Shown: positions 1 through 10,791, counted from the stretch's first letter. The stretch: 64,000 nt of DNA from Clostridia bacterium (GCA_045652705.1 JAZRUV010000008.1:24620-88619); one strand, 5' to 3'. Numbers and translations: made by a program. Notes: generated from the letters alone by a model not told the origin.

Positions 1-99
1 ACTTTCATTTTCTTGGATGAAATAGTATAGGTAGGGTGGTAGGCAAGTATTGCTTATCGCCTTTTTCTTGATTAAATATTAAATAAAGGGGGTATTTTA

Positions 100-540
100 A
101 TGTTAACACCAGTAGATGTTGAAAATAAGGTTTTTAAAAAAACTAAAATCGGAGGATATGACATTAATGATGTTGAAGATTTTTTAGAAAAGTTAATAGT
201 GGATTATGAGGCTGTATTTAAAGAGGTAACAGAATTAAAAGATAAATGTGAGAACCTTCAAGAATCAGTTAAATATTATAAATCATTGGAACAAGGAATT
301 GAACAAAGTATTAATAACGCAAGAGACGAAGCAGAACAAATAAAAGCAAGAGCATTAGATGAGGCTCAGGAAATTAGAGAAAGAAAAGAAAAAGAATACA
401 AAAACAGATTATCTGAACTAGACTTAGAAGTTAAGAGAAAAGAATATGATTTAGAAGAAATAAAAAAAGAGATGCAAATATATAAAATTAAAGTTAAATC
501 TATGCTTGAAGCACAACTTAAAATATTAGATGAAGAATAA
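100..540 (+). CDS. DivIVA-domain protein
   Basis: N-term MLTPVDVENKVFKKTKIGGYDINDVEDFLEKLIVDYE followed by long coiled coil; typical DivIVA/Wag31 N-terminus; SD-like aaggggg upstream. Confidence 0.88.
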   Translation: MLTPVDVENKVFKKTKIGGYDINDVEDFLEKLIVDYEAVFKEVTELKDKCENLQESVKYYKSLEQGIEQSINNARDEAEQIKARALDEAQEIRERKEKEYKNRLSELDLEVKRKEYDLEEIKKEMQIYKIKVKSMLEAQLKILDEE

Positions 541-686
541 AAATGTAAAAATAATATGACAAACAAAGTAGTATATACTATTTTGTTTGTTGTTTGTTTA
601 GGGGGTGGAATTTACATATTTTCTTGACTTTTCACACATTTGTGGTAATATTATATATGTAATATTTTAGTTTTTAGGGTGAAATA

Positions 687-851
687 ATGAGTGAAAGTAT
701 AATAAATATATTAGCACTAATATTTTTATGTGTTGGTGTTTTTTGTATATTTTGGAAAAGAGACATATTAAAGGATAAAACTAGTAATAAATTTTTGACT
801 ACTAGTGGTTTTGTCGTCTCTGTCATTTCGCTTGTAGTAATATATTTTGTA
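687..851 (+). CDS. small hydrophobic (membrane) protein, 54 aa
   Basis: ATG..TAA reading MSESIINILALIFLCVGVFCIFWKRDILKDKTSNKFLTTSGFVVSVISLVVNIL; two hydrophobic segments; below the length cutoff of the supplied ORF track. Confidence 0.4.
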
Positions 852-886
852 AATTATTAATTTAATTAGGTAAAGGAGTAAATAAA

Positions 887-3484
887 ATGAATTTAGGAAC
901 TAGATATAACCCAGGAGAAATAGAAGAAAGAATATATGAAAATTGGGAAAGTAAAGGGTATTTTAAACCACAAATAGATAAGAATGTAAAACCATATACA
1001 ATAGTTATCCCACCACCAAATGTAACAGGACAACTACATATGGGACACGCATTAGATGATACGATACAAGACGTATTAATAAGATATAACAGAATGAAAG
1101 GTGTTCCAACGTTATGGGTACCAGGAACAGACCACGCAAGTATAGCAACAGAAGTTAAAGTTGTTGAAAAACTAGCAAAAGAAGGTAAGACTAAAGAAGA
1201 ATTAGGTAGAGAAGGGTTCCTTAAAGAAGCTTGGGCTTGGAAAGAACTTTATGGTGGAAGAATTACAACTCAACTTAGAAAATTAGGTTGTTCTTGTGAT
1301 TGGTCGCGTGAGCGTTTCACAATGGATGAAGGACTAACAAGAGCTGTTGAATATGTATTCGTTAAATTATATGAAAAAGGCCTTATATACCAAGGTAAGA
1401 GAATAGTTAACTGGTGTACTTGCTGTAAAACATCAATTTCAGATAATGAAGTTGAATATGAAGCAGATAAATCCCATTTATGGCATATTAGATACCAAGT
1501 AGAAGGAACTAACGATTATGTTGTAGTTGCAACTACAAGACCTGAAACAATGTTAGGTGATACAGCTGTTGCAGTACATCCTGAAGATGAGAGATATGAA
1601 GCAATTGTTGGTAAGAATGTTATTCTTCCAATAATAAATAAGGCAATACCAGTTGTTGCAGATACATATGTTGAGAAAGATTTTGGAACAGGTGCGGTTA
1701 AGATTACTCCAGCTCACGACCCTAATGACTATGAATTGGGACTAAGACATAATCTAGAAGTTATTTCTGTAATAAATGAAGATGGAACTATTGCTGAAGG
1801 TTATGGTAAATATACAGGTATGACTCGTGAAGAGGCTAGAGTAGAAATAGTTAAAGAACTTGAAGAAATTGGGGCTTTAGTTAAAACGGAAGATTATGAA
1901 CACAACGTTGGTAAATGCTATAGATGTAAAACAATAGTAGAACCATATGCTTCAAAACAATGGTTTGTAAAAATGGAAGAGCTTGCTCGTCCTGCAATTG
2001 AAGCGGTTAAGAATAAGGAAACAAGATTTATACCAGAGAGATTTGAAAAAATATATATGAATTGGATGGAAAACATTCGTGACTGGTGTATTTCAAGACA
2101 ACTATGGTGGGGCCACAGAATCCCAGCATATTACTGTGAAAAGTGTGGAAAAACTATAGTACAAATGGGACATCCTGTTCAGTGCAGTTGTGGTGGAAAC
2201 CTTGTTCAAGATGAAGACTGTTTAGATACTTGGTTTAGCTCAGCGCTATGGCCATTTAGTACACTAGGTTGGCCGGATAAAACAGAAGATTTAGAATATT
2301 TCTATCCTACAACAACCCTTGTTACTGGTTATGATATTATAACATTCTGGGTATCTAAAATGATATTTAGCGCTATAGAGCATACAGGTGAAGTACCATT
2401 TAAAGATGTATTTATTCATGGACTTGTTAGGGATGCTCAGGGAAGAAAAATGTCTAAGAGCTTAGGTAACGGAATTGACCCACTTGAAGTTATGAAAGAA
2501 TACGGAACAGATGCATTAAGGTTTTCATTAATACAAAACATAGCGCCAGGTAATGATATTCGTTATATACCGGAAAAGGTTGAAGCAGGACGTAACTTTG
2601 CAAATAAACTTTGGAATGCTTCAAGATTCAGTCTAACATATATTGAGAAAATGCCAAACGTAGAGATAGATGAAACTAAACTTTATCCAGAAGACAAATG
2701 GATTTTAAGCAAACTATCTCAAACAATAACAAGTGTTAGAGAAAATATTGAAAAATATGAAATAGGTGTTGCATTAAATACAATATATGATTTTGCTTGG
2801 TCAGACTTCTGTGATTTATATATAGAAATGGTTAAACCAAGATTATATAACGAAACAAGTGAAGGATACGAAGCGGCGGTTGCTACATTAAAATATGTGT
2901 TAGTTAATATATTAAAATTAATACATCCATATATGCCATATATAACAGAAGAGATATATTCTAATTTAGAGACAGGAGATGAAGCGTTAATAATCGCTAA
3001 ATACCCTGAAGCTAAATATAACTTTGAACAAGATGAAAAGTTTGAACAAGAATTAATTGATGTAATACGTGAAGTTAGAAATGCTCGTGCAAATGCTGGG
3101 CTTACAAACTCTAAAAAGATAAATATGACTATATATAGCGAAAACTATTTAGAGAATATTGAAAAATCTGTAGAAATGCTTAAAAAGTTGCTATCTGTTG
3201 ACGAATTAACTATAGCAAAAACTACCGGGCTTGAAGGAGAACATATACATACGCAAAACATAGATCTAGTAGTTGACTTATCTGTTGGAGTAAACAAAGA
3301 GGAGCAAATTGCTAAAGTTAAAGCTGAAATAGCTAAAGCGCAAGGCGAACTAAAAAGAGCACAAGGTATGCTTGCAAATGAAAAATTTGTATCTAAAGCA
3401 CCTGCAGAATTAATTGAAGCAGAAAAAGAAAAAGTTAAGAAATATACTGAGCTTATAGCAAAACTGGAAGATAGTATAAAATAA
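887..3484 (+). CDS. valS: valyl-tRNA synthetase
   Basis: class I signatures PPPNVTGQLHMGHALDDTIQD and GRKMSKSLGNGIDPLEV, C-terminal coiled coil. Confidence 0.97.
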   Translation: MNLGTRYNPGEIEERIYENWESKGYFKPQIDKNVKPYTIVIPPPNVTGQLHMGHALDDTIQDVLIRYNRMKGVPTLWVPGTDHASIATEVKVVEKLAKEGKTKEELGREGFLKEAWAWKELYGGRITTQLRKLGCSCDWSRERFTMDEGLTRAVEYVFVKLYEKGLIYQGKRIVNWCTCCKTSISDNEVEYEADKSHLWHIRYQVEGTNDYVVVATTRPETMLGDTAVAVHPEDERYEAIVGKNVILPIINKAIPVVADTYVEKDFGTGAVKITPAHDPNDYELGLRHNLEVISVINEDGTIAEGYGKYTGMTREEARVEIVKELEEIGALVKTEDYEHNVGKCYRCKTIVEPYASKQWFVKMEELARPAIEAVKNKETRFIPERFEKIYMNWMENIRDWCISRQLWWGHRIPAYYCEKCGKTIVQMGHPVQCSCGGNLVQDEDCLDTWFSSALWPFSTLGWPDKTEDLEYFYPTTTLVTGYDIITFWVSKMIFSAIEHTGEVPFKDVFIHGLVRDAQGRKMSKSLGNGIDPLEVMKEYGTDALRFSLIQNIAPGNDIRYIPEKVEAGRNFANKLWNASRFSLTYIEKMPNVEIDETKLYPEDKWILSKLSQTITSVRENIEKYEIGVALNTIYDFAWSDFCDLYIEMVKPRLYNETSEGYEAAVATLKYVLVNILKLIHPYMPYITEEIYSNLETGDEALIIAKYPEAKYNFEQDEKFEQELIDVIREVRNARANAGLTNSKKINMTIYSENYLENIEKSVEMLKKLLSVDELTIAKTTGLEGEHIHTQNIDLVVDLSVGVNKEEQIAKVKAEIAKAQGELKRAQGMLANEKFVSKAPAELIEAEKEKVKKYTELIAKLEDSIK

Positions 3485-3493
3485 ATATAAAAG

Positions 3494-3521
3494 AAACGAC
3501 CTCAAATTAATGAGGTCGTTT
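3494..3521. terminator. intrinsic terminator (possibly bidirectional)
   Basis: aaacgacctca-aattaa-tgaggtcgttt, 11-bp stem. Confidence 0.8.
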
Positions 3522-4079
3522 TGTGGGCCATTCAACAGAATGGTTCCGGTTGATGATAGTCAAATCTCTACTATATGCATCACACACAAGAATGTAGTTG
3601 AAGATGTGGTAATGAGCCAAACAGTACTTTGTAATCTCTTCTGTGTAGAATTTATGGTTTTCTAGAGCTTCGTCATTACGGGCGATTCTAAACTCGACGT
3701 TGTAGCAGGGGGTGTAGTGCACAAATATGGTTTCGCCAAGCCGCTTTCCGAAGTTTTTAGCATATATATTGCATAGAGTTTTGGCAACTTTTTTTAAGAA
3801 TTTGTTATTCTTAAAAGCTGGAGGAATTTCTGCAAAGAGTAGGGGGATGCTATCAACGGTCATTCTTTCATTATCGTTGGTGATCCACCACGCTGTCCGA
3901 ATGTTATTTGTGTTGATAAAATGAATGCCGTAAGTAACAGCCTGTTCATAGTCTTTCTTAGGGACGTATAATGTGTCGTATCCAAGATAATTGTCGCGCT
4001 CTACCTTGAATTGGTTTGCCAGGAACCGTTCGACTTTTTTGCAATCATCCCGGTTAATGAACATAAAACAAAGTTTCAT
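3507..4079 (-). CDS. hypothetical protein, 190 aa
   Basis: intact ORF with its own consensus promoter (TTGACA-17-TATAAT) immediately upstream on the minus strand. Confidence 0.7.
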   Translation of the reverse strand: MKLCFMFINRDDCKKVERFLANQFKVERDNYLGYDTLYVPKKDYEQAVTYGIHFINTNNIRTAWWITNDNERMTVDSIPLLFAEIPPAFKNNKFLKKVAKTLCNIYAKNFGKRLGETIFVHYTPCYNVEFRIARNDEALENHKFYTEEITKYCLAHYHIFNYILVCDAYSRDLTIINRNHSVEWPTKRPH

Positions 4080-4130
4080 AGTAAATACTCCTTTATAGTT
4101 AAAAAGATTTTAAGTGTGTTCAACAATTAA

Positions 4131-4159
4131 ATTATACCATAAAATTAAATTTATGTCAA
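4131..4159 (-). promoter_or_regulatory. sigma-A-type promoter
   Basis: minus strand TTGACA (4154-4159), 17-nt spacer, TATAAT (4131-4136). Confidence 0.75.
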
Positions 4160-4170
4160 CTTAACAAAAA

Positions 4171-4202
4171 AATACACCTTAATCATTAGATTAAGGTGTA
4201 TT
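4171..4202. terminator. intrinsic terminator
   Basis: aatacaccttaatc-atta-gattaaggtgtatt, perfect 14-bp stem. Confidence 0.8.
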
Positions 4203-4220
4203 GCAGCATGGTAGCTCATA

Positions 4221-4577
4221 TTATTCTTCCAATTCGAGGTTGGAAATGAGAGGCCATTCTTCTTCGACGAAGTAGTTTCCAGCATCATAAGAATGCTTGT
4301 TAGCATGGGGTACAACTTCAACGATTACTTCGGGGTGCCAAATACCGGCACAGTAGCGTTTGGTGTGCACGACAGAGACGACATCATAGGAATGTTCGCT
4401 ATCAATGCAAACGGTTTCGCCTATTCTAGGGATGATATCCAAAGAGTATGACATAAATCCTTCGATATGGCGTGCTTTCATTTTGACTATTTTCTTAAAA
4501 TTGGGTGATGCGGGGTCAAGACATCTTTCTACTATCCGTTCCCTCAAAGTTACGAATAACATTTCTTTTTCCTCCAT
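4221..4577 (-). CDS. hypothetical protein, 118 aa
   Basis: intact ORF between terminator and upstream promoter-like sequence. Confidence 0.6.
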   Translation of the reverse strand: MEEKEMLFVTLRERIVERCLDPASPNFKKIVKMKARHIEGFMSYSLDIIPRIGETVCIDSEHSYDVVSVVHTKRYCAGIWHPEVIVEVVPHANKHSYDAGNYFVEEEWPLISNLELEE

Positions 4578-4682
4578 TATAAATTATTATTTTTGGTTGA
4601 CGTCAAAAAGCATACATATTATATCATATGTGTCAAGCACCCAAAATATTCCAAAAAATAGAAAAATAGCAAAATAAATTTG

Positions 4683-5552
4683 CTATATTCCCGGCATTCC
4701 TTCTCTATACTGACCTCTAGTTTGTACACCACCAATACCTTTTAAACCTTCACGAGTATTTGAAATTATACTAGCTAAAGGTGCAAACTTATCTACTGGA
4801 GTGTATGCAACTGTTTGCGCTACTATTATAGGGTCAAGCATATCTATTAAAACTCGTTTAGGGGCACTTGCAAAATTAGCTCCTGCACTTATAATAGCCT
4901 CATAATATGACTGACAAGCACCAGCAAATATTACAAGGTTGTCTAAAGAATGTTCGTATCGTCTAGCTTCTAGTACGCTTTCTATAAAATACCTAGAGTT
5001 TTTGTAATTATCTATATTATATATATCACTTTTTTTTCGGATAAATGCATCGTGGCCAGTAAGAACTAATATATTTGGCCTAATTCTCGTTAGAAGACTA
5101 TAAATATGCTTAGGCTGTTCTTGTTCTTTAATGTTATATACATGAGCTACGATTCCCATTTTCTTATACATATCCTTACACTTTAATGCATATTCTGGGT
5201 CGCCATCAATATGTAATACTACTCCGGGTTTTTTCAAAATTTCATCTTTAGAATACATATAAGAAGGATTATCTCTACTCGTATAATAACTATTTCTAAT
5301 ATTAAATCTATTTGTAACTCCCGAATATGAACGAGAGAGTCTTGTTCTAGAGTTTTTTTCTATATCACTAAGCATACGTTTAGCTTCATTATCCGTTATA
5401 AGTCTAAGATCATATATAGGGGCGTCGGCAAGTATTCTGACAGTAATTCCAACAAGGTCTGCCATATCACCATTTAATCGTTGTATTTTAAATAAAACAT
5501 CATAGTTATATGATTTTCTTGCTACAATATCTCCAATTTTAAAATTCGGCAT
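4683..5552 (-). CDS. yabG: YabG-like sporulation-specific protease
   Basis: MPNFKIGDIVARKSYNYDVLFKI..., LVLTGHDAFIRKKS, FAGACQSYYEAIISAGANFASAPKRVLIDMLDP; ORF extends to 5603 but the internal Met fits the family start. Confidence 0.88.
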   Translation of the reverse strand: MPNFKIGDIVARKSYNYDVLFKIQRLNGDMADLVGITVRILADAPIYDLRLITDNEAKRMLSDIEKNSRTRLSRSYSGVTNRFNIRNSYYTSRDNPSYMYSKDEILKKPGVVLHIDGDPEYALKCKDMYKKMGIVAHVYNIKEQEQPKHIYSLLTRIRPNILVLTGHDAFIRKKSDIYNIDNYKNSRYFIESVLEARRYEHSLDNLVIFAGACQSYYEAIISAGANFASAPKRVLIDMLDPIIVAQTVAYTPVDKFAPLASIISNTREGLKGIGGVQTRGQYREGMPGI

Positions 5553-5648
5553 AAAAATCACCTCTAAGGTATTGTATGCTAAATTTTTAAATTTGCTATA
5601 CAAACAAAATGAAAGACGGTTAGCATTTGCTAACCGTCTTTATAGGGA

Positions 5649-6071
5649 TTACTTATTCAGTTTTGTGCCACACTTGTGACAGAAATCATTTTCCTTAGGC
5701 TGGGGGGTGCCGCACTTGTGACAGAAGCAGTTTGCTGTAGGAACTTGTTCCTCTGCTTCTGGCTGCAGATCAATATCCGGTTCCTCTTGGGGAGCAGTAA
5801 TCTCTTCATACTGTTCTTCCAAAGCAGCAAGCTTAGCTGCCGCCGCGGCGATATCTGCCGTGATCTCCGGCTTGGGGCGTACGCCTGCCAGTTCTGCGTT
5901 GCCGTGATAAGTCAAGCGACCGAGTTCAGCAAACAGATCATTGACTGCAAGCTTCTGAGCCTGGATATCCTGACTCAGCTGAAACCGTTCACAACCATTT
6001 TCCACTGCTGTCTGAGCCTTAGAGAAAAGACTTTCAGCCTTTTTGCCCAAATCCTCAAAAAATTTACCCAT
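5649..6071 (-). CDS. zinc-ribbon protein with coiled-coil N-terminus
   Basis: CFCHKCGTPQPKENDFCHKCGTKLNK C-terminal Cys pairs. Confidence 0.7.
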   Translation of the reverse strand: MGKFFEDLGKKAESLFSKAQTAVENGCERFQLSQDIQAQKLAVNDLFAELGRLTYHGNAELAGVRPKPEITADIAAAAAKLAALEEQYEEITAPQEEPDIDLQPEAEEQVPTANCFCHKCGTPQPKENDFCHKCGTKLNK

Positions 6072-6121
6072 AATTTATTCCTCCTAAAATTTTATTTGGT
6101 TTTTGAGTTGTGCTGATAAAT

Positions 6122-6150
6122 ATTATATCACAAAACCCTTGATGAATCAA
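6122..6150 (-). promoter_or_regulatory. promoter of zinc-ribbon gene
   Basis: minus strand TTGATT-17-TATAAT preceded by TGTGA. Confidence 0.55.
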
Positions 6151-9100
6151 GACTTGATGTACATATACGCCTTGTCTTTGCTGCAGATGACGAACCTATT
6201 TGCTTTACGTTCAATTAAACAGCCTTGGGCTGCAAACTGAGATGTAAACTCTTTCTTAGTACCATCTATTACGTTATAGAAGTAAATAGTATCGCCAATC
6301 ATATAGTACAGCGTATTCTTGTAGAAGCAACTAGTGTTAGAAATCTCTTCTTTCAAGTTGAATACTGAATGTGAACCATCACTTGAAATCAAAACACCTT
6401 TTGTTTGATGACAGCCAGAAAGGAGTACTAAATAGTTACCAGACTCACTATCATAAAACAGACGTGATTGCATATTTTCACCTAAGCCTATGGTATCAAC
6501 TGAGGTCAACTGTTCCAAGTTACAATAAATGTGAACAAAGAATCTATCCTTTACCAAGAAGATAAACTTACGCTCATCTGTTACTAAGAAATCGAAAGGT
6601 GACAGAGTCGATGAGTTAACAACAATTCCGTCAGATTCCTGTTGTGACCTGCTACCGATTTGTTTTACGTGCACATTATTATCCGAAGAAGAAATGTAGT
6701 ATAGATTATTATTTGATGCATATACAACATCTTCTTTTGAAAGAGCACTATAGATATTGAATTTACCAGTAGTATCATTTAAAACAACGGAGTTATTAGG
6801 CGTGGTGAGAATGATGTAGTTGCCTGTTATTTTGCAAGAAATTGTACCAGAGGAAAATCTCAACAATTTGCGTTCGCACCATAAGAGGTAGCCAGAAGTA
6901 TCAATATAAGTGTGATAACTTAGGGCAAAACGACAAGGAGATAAACGCTTAACTTCTGTAAATTTCATTGCGTTGCTAGGGTTAGGGGTATCCAGTGAGG
7001 TTTTGAATTGTTCAAGGATAGCTCGCATACTTTCACGCTTTTTGCCTTCAAAAGTACTCTTAAAAAACTGAACAAGTTGTCTTGGCATGAAGTCCCAACC
7101 AATACTAATGTTAGGAACTTTAATACCATGATTTCCTAGTACAGATTTTCTGAGTTTCATTCTTGTTATTTCATCAGAGGGCACAAATTTAGAGCTAGAA
7201 ATGCCTCTAAACGGGTGCGAATAGGTGAAATAATAGAATGCTTGAATGGCAAGAGAATACCAATCATCAGCCTTTGTGATGTTTTTGTTTTCAGCTGATG
7301 GCGGGTATATATACATGTCTGTAAATACGAAATTCTTGACATTATCAAAACTCATACCGTCCATATCGATAAAGTAGACAGTCTTACCTTTTATTAAGAT
7401 ATTACCACCATTGAGGTCACCGATATATCCACCAATAGAATGGAGAAATTCGATGCCTATGCATACTTTAATGAGAATATCTACGATGTCAGCTCTAGTA
7501 TAACCTTTGCTTGCAACAAAATCCTTATCTTTAAGACAAGAAATTTTGAAAGACCCATCAATATCCTGTTGGACAAATCCTTTGAGTTTTATACTAGTTC
7601 CATTTGACTCATACTGTACCTCGTCAATGGTAACAAACTTAATATCAGAATGCTCATCGTTAAACGACTTAAACTGAGCTCTTTTTTGAAGTGCCTTTCC
7701 AAGTATTTTAGACTTGAATACTAAATCAACACCGGGTTTAAATAACTTTACAATCTTTCCGCCCTTATAGGGGTAGAGTGTCGCTTCTCCTCCTTCAAAA
7801 GCTGGCTTGTCTTTTTGGAACTGTTCGAAATGACTTGCTGGAAAAACAATAATGTCATCAACACTAATGCCGTCAGCAAGACACAAAGGACAGAGCGTAT
7901 TTTTGCTTGAAAATGGAATGTTGTGTACATTACAAAAAGCAGAAATGCACTCTTCCAAGATGGAGGTAGTGAACTTCAAATTTTCGATGTCTTGAATAAG
8001 ATTATATACCTCAGAACCTTTTACAGTACTGGTAGTATTTAGCATCGAATCAGACATAATGTAACCCACTAAGAATTCACCAAACGCCAATAATGTTTTG
8101 TGCATTGCATCTTTATCTTTAGCTAAAATAGCTTCACAATTCATAAAGGGGAGTTTGAAAATGATAAGTTCACCCTTATAATCTTTGTGCATACAAATAG
8201 AACTAAAGAAATCCTTATCATCAGTGATGCATGAACCGTTCAAGATGAGCGGAAGCAACTTCTTGTACATAACAAGTATGACTTGAAGTCGTTGCCTAGA
8301 TTCAAATAAGGATATTGGCAAAATGTTTTCAAAGTTAAATCTTGCCTTCTCAAAGTACACTACGCCAACAACTTTGTTGCCTTTAAGCGCTAACGAATCG
8401 GGCTGAAAGAAGAAGTGGTTAAACAAACCATGTTCAATACCAATTTTACACTGTTTAATAATCCTAGGATTCAGTGTTAAACCAAAGTGGTTACCAATAA
8501 GTGAATTACGGTAATTTGTTTCATGAAAATGCCACTCATCGTCACCGTAAATCTGGCGTGACGAGAATTGGTTAGTAACACAAAAAATCTTTCTACATTC
8601 AGGGCAAAGAGAACCTTCAATGTAGTACAGATTATGCTCTTTGCAAAGCAAAACGTTATTTGCTGTACTCCTATGACCATTATCGTAAAGTTCGCTATAC
8701 GAAAAAACTTCAAATGGCATATTTGTATCGCGATGGAAGTTTAACGCATTAAACAGATTTTTAAAGTGAGTCTCAAGATTAATTCCTGCGTTATATTGAG
8801 AATGCTTTAGCCAGTTGTTATTAAGGAAAACATTGTAATCCGGATCTACTAACATTTGGCATATATTGCTTTCATCAATTATCCAACCGTGATTTTGTTG
8901 GATAGATAACAAAGAAGAGAGCAACTTATAAAAAACTGCAGTGTCAACTTTACCATCTTGGATGAGCTTACCTATAGTGGTAAGATTTAACTTGTTCCAA
9001 ACAACGCCAACAATTTGGTAGCTATTTGCAACACATAAATCTCTACTTACAATCACTTTGGAAGGATGCAAGTAAAAGTCTTCTGTGTTGGCAAATATTT

Positions 9101-10775
9101 TTGCAAGAGTATCATCTGTAAGCTCTAGACCAATATCACTGATATACTGCAAACATTCAGAGGAGTTAATATAGTCATTTTCAAGATGCAAAGATTTCTT
9201 GGAAATGATTTTTTGCACTCTGTCATCTGACTGAACATTTGGGAAAAATGTGATTAAGTCAGGAACAATCTGTTTAAGATTGTGTAAAAAACGTATATTG
9301 TGAAGGTTGTCATAGCTCAACACATTACCCCAGTTATCTGTGTTTTCATCTAAAAGCGTACCGCTTTCAAGATAGCTAATAACATTTTTAGCAAAATTAG
9401 GAGGCAAAATCTTCATAAAACTATAAGTGAAAATGTTATCTACTTTTACTTTTCGAGATTTTGCGTACTTTTGTATAATGCTTAAAATAATCAGCTTGTA
9501 GTCTAGAACTGTATCCTTGTTCTCAAAATCCAATTGGTGGATATAAAGAGGATCAAGATAAAGTGTGGTATCAATGTTATAAAAACACTTTAAGACGGGT
9601 GCGCTAGGCTTAAAGGAAAAATCCCAGTGCCTTTTAGAAAGAGCCTGAATTGTTGATGTAATAGCTTCACATGTGTCAGTAGCAACCTTATCTTCCAAAG
9701 AGAAGGCATTAGGCACACTAAAAAAGAGATAGACGGCATCCTTTGTAATGTTTGGAACAACACACCACCTGTATATAAAACCAGAAGTGGCACAGTTAGA
9801 TATATTATCTAAATATACATCTGCATGCTGCACGTCTTTTATTTTAATTACAATGTGTTTGTCGCTATCCCAACTCTTCTTTACTGTGTAGGTTGTCATC
9901 TCAGCATAATTACTCTCAAGTTTTAAATTACCCTCAAGAATCTTTTCGTCAAAGACAAAATCAAAGGGCTCAACATTTTGTAAAACTGAGAGAGAACTAT
10001 TCGTATCATGTTCTCTAAAGAACTCGTCATAGCTACTAAACGAATTATTGTCATAAATATACCGAAGCATATTTATACAAATATTACGTGGCCAATTAGA
10101 GCCGTTAAAAAACGCATCTAAAGAACGCAGATACATACCGGGTAATTGAGTGTGCAGTTCGAAAGAAAGCTTATCACAAGACAAAAACAGATCTATGATT
10201 CTTTTCAATTCATGTGGCGAGAATAAATATTCATCACCAATAATAGAAGTGAAAAAGGAAGTCAAGAAAGATGTCTTATGTGTGCTCCATAAAAATGTGC
10301 GGAACAAGTTATAATAATCTACATGAACAGTATGCTCACTTGTTGAAAATAGAGCTATAAGTTCAAGCAAATTATCATAAGCTTTACTCAAGAAGTCTCT
10401 GCTTCTATCTAGCCTACAGTTATAATACACAAAAGAAACTTCGCGCTTCTTCTTGTTAATGAAAAATTTCATATCGCTAAAACACTCGATTTGAGCATAA
10501 GCAGTATTCAGTTTCTCATTAAAATCCTCACTTGTGACAGCAACATAAAGTATGTTAGCAAGTGAAGAGTCGTTTATAGTGACTATTGTGCCATTACAAG
10601 CTGTAGCAGAAGCTAGATTACCGGGACGGTTAGAATACGAATACTCATCCTGCAGTTTTTGCCTGATTACATTCGCAACTCTCGTGTTTATTTTTGTTAG
10701 CTGTTTGCTTTTTGCCAAATATCTCTCTAAATTGAATGATTTAGGAGCTAACGAGGCTGAAAAGTTTTCAAACAT
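6147..10775 (-). CDS. giant protein (1542 aa) with Cys-rich motifs, protein-kinase-like domain and C-terminal beta-rich (propeller-like) region
   Basis: GGEATLYPYKGGKIVKLFK (nucleotide-binding/Lys), YIGDLNGGNILI (catalytic loop), VYFIDMDGMSF (DFG-equivalent), CPEC and CPLC motifs. Confidence 0.8.
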   Translation of the reverse strand: MFENFSASLAPKSFNLERYLAKSKQLTKINTRVANVIRQKLQDEYSYSNRPGNLASATACNGTIVTINDSSLANILYVAVTSEDFNEKLNTAYAQIECFSDMKFFINKKKREVSFVYYNCRLDRSRDFLSKAYDNLLELIALFSTSEHTVHVDYYNLFRTFLWSTHKTSFLTSFFTSIIGDEYLFSPHELKRIIDLFLSCDKLSFELHTQLPGMYLRSLDAFFNGSNWPRNICINMLRYIYDNNSFSSYDEFFREHDTNSSLSVLQNVEPFDFVFDEKILEGNLKLESNYAEMTTYTVKKSWDSDKHIVIKIKDVQHADVYLDNISNCATSGFIYRWCVVPNITKDAVYLFFSVPNAFSLEDKVATDTCEAITSTIQALSKRHWDFSFKPSAPVLKCFYNIDTTLYLDPLYIHQLDFENKDTVLDYKLIILSIIQKYAKSRKVKVDNIFTYSFMKILPPNFAKNVISYLESGTLLDENTDNWGNVLSYDNLHNIRFLHNLKQIVPDLITFFPNVQSDDRVQKIISKKSLHLENDYINSSECLQYISDIGLELTDDTLAKIFANTEDFYLHPSKVIVSRDLCVANSYQIVGVVWNKLNLTTIGKLIQDGKVDTAVFYKLLSSLLSIQQNHGWIIDESNICQMLVDPDYNVFLNNNWLKHSQYNAGINLETHFKNLFNALNFHRDTNMPFEVFSYSELYDNGHRSTANNVLLCKEHNLYYIEGSLCPECRKIFCVTNQFSSRQIYGDDEWHFHETNYRNSLIGNHFGLTLNPRIIKQCKIGIEHGLFNHFFFQPDSLALKGNKVVGVVYFEKARFNFENILPISLFESRQRLQVILVMYKKLLPLILNGSCITDDKDFFSSICMHKDYKGELIIFKLPFMNCEAILAKDKDAMHKTLLAFGEFLVGYIMSDSMLNTTSTVKGSEVYNLIQDIENLKFTTSILEECISAFCNVHNIPFSSKNTLCPLCLADGISVDDIIVFPASHFEQFQKDKPAFEGGEATLYPYKGGKIVKLFKPGVDLVFKSKILGKALQKRAQFKSFNDEHSDIKFVTIDEVQYESNGTSIKLKGFVQQDIDGSFKISCLKDKDFVASKGYTRADIVDILIKVCIGIEFLHSIGGYIGDLNGGNILIKGKTVYFIDMDGMSFDNVKNFVFTDMYIYPPSAENKNITKADDWYSLAIQAFYYFTYSHPFRGISSSKFVPSDEITRMKLRKSVLGNHGIKVPNISIGWDFMPRQLVQFFKSTFEGKKRESMRAILEQFKTSLDTPNPSNAMKFTEVKRLSPCRFALSYHTYIDTSGYLLWCERKLLRFSSGTISCKITGNYIILTTPNNSVVLNDTTGKFNIYSALSKEDVVYASNNNLYYISSSDNNVHVKQIGSRSQQESDGIVVNSSTLSPFDFLVTDERKFIFLVKDRFFVHIYCNLEQLTSVDTIGLGENMQSRLFYDSESGNYLVLLSGCHQTKGVLISSDGSHSVFNLKEEISNTSCFYKNTLYYMIGDTIYFYNVIDGTKKEFTSQFAAQGCLIERKANRFVICSKDKAYMYIKS

Positions 10776-10791
10776 ACTCTAAACCTCCAGG

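Noticed and set aside
6371-10782. Plus-strand ORFs (e.g. 6371-6565, 8477-8713, 10552-10782) opposite the giant kinase gene
   Set aside because: Shadow ORFs antisense to a long coherent coding frame; no SD and no family features.
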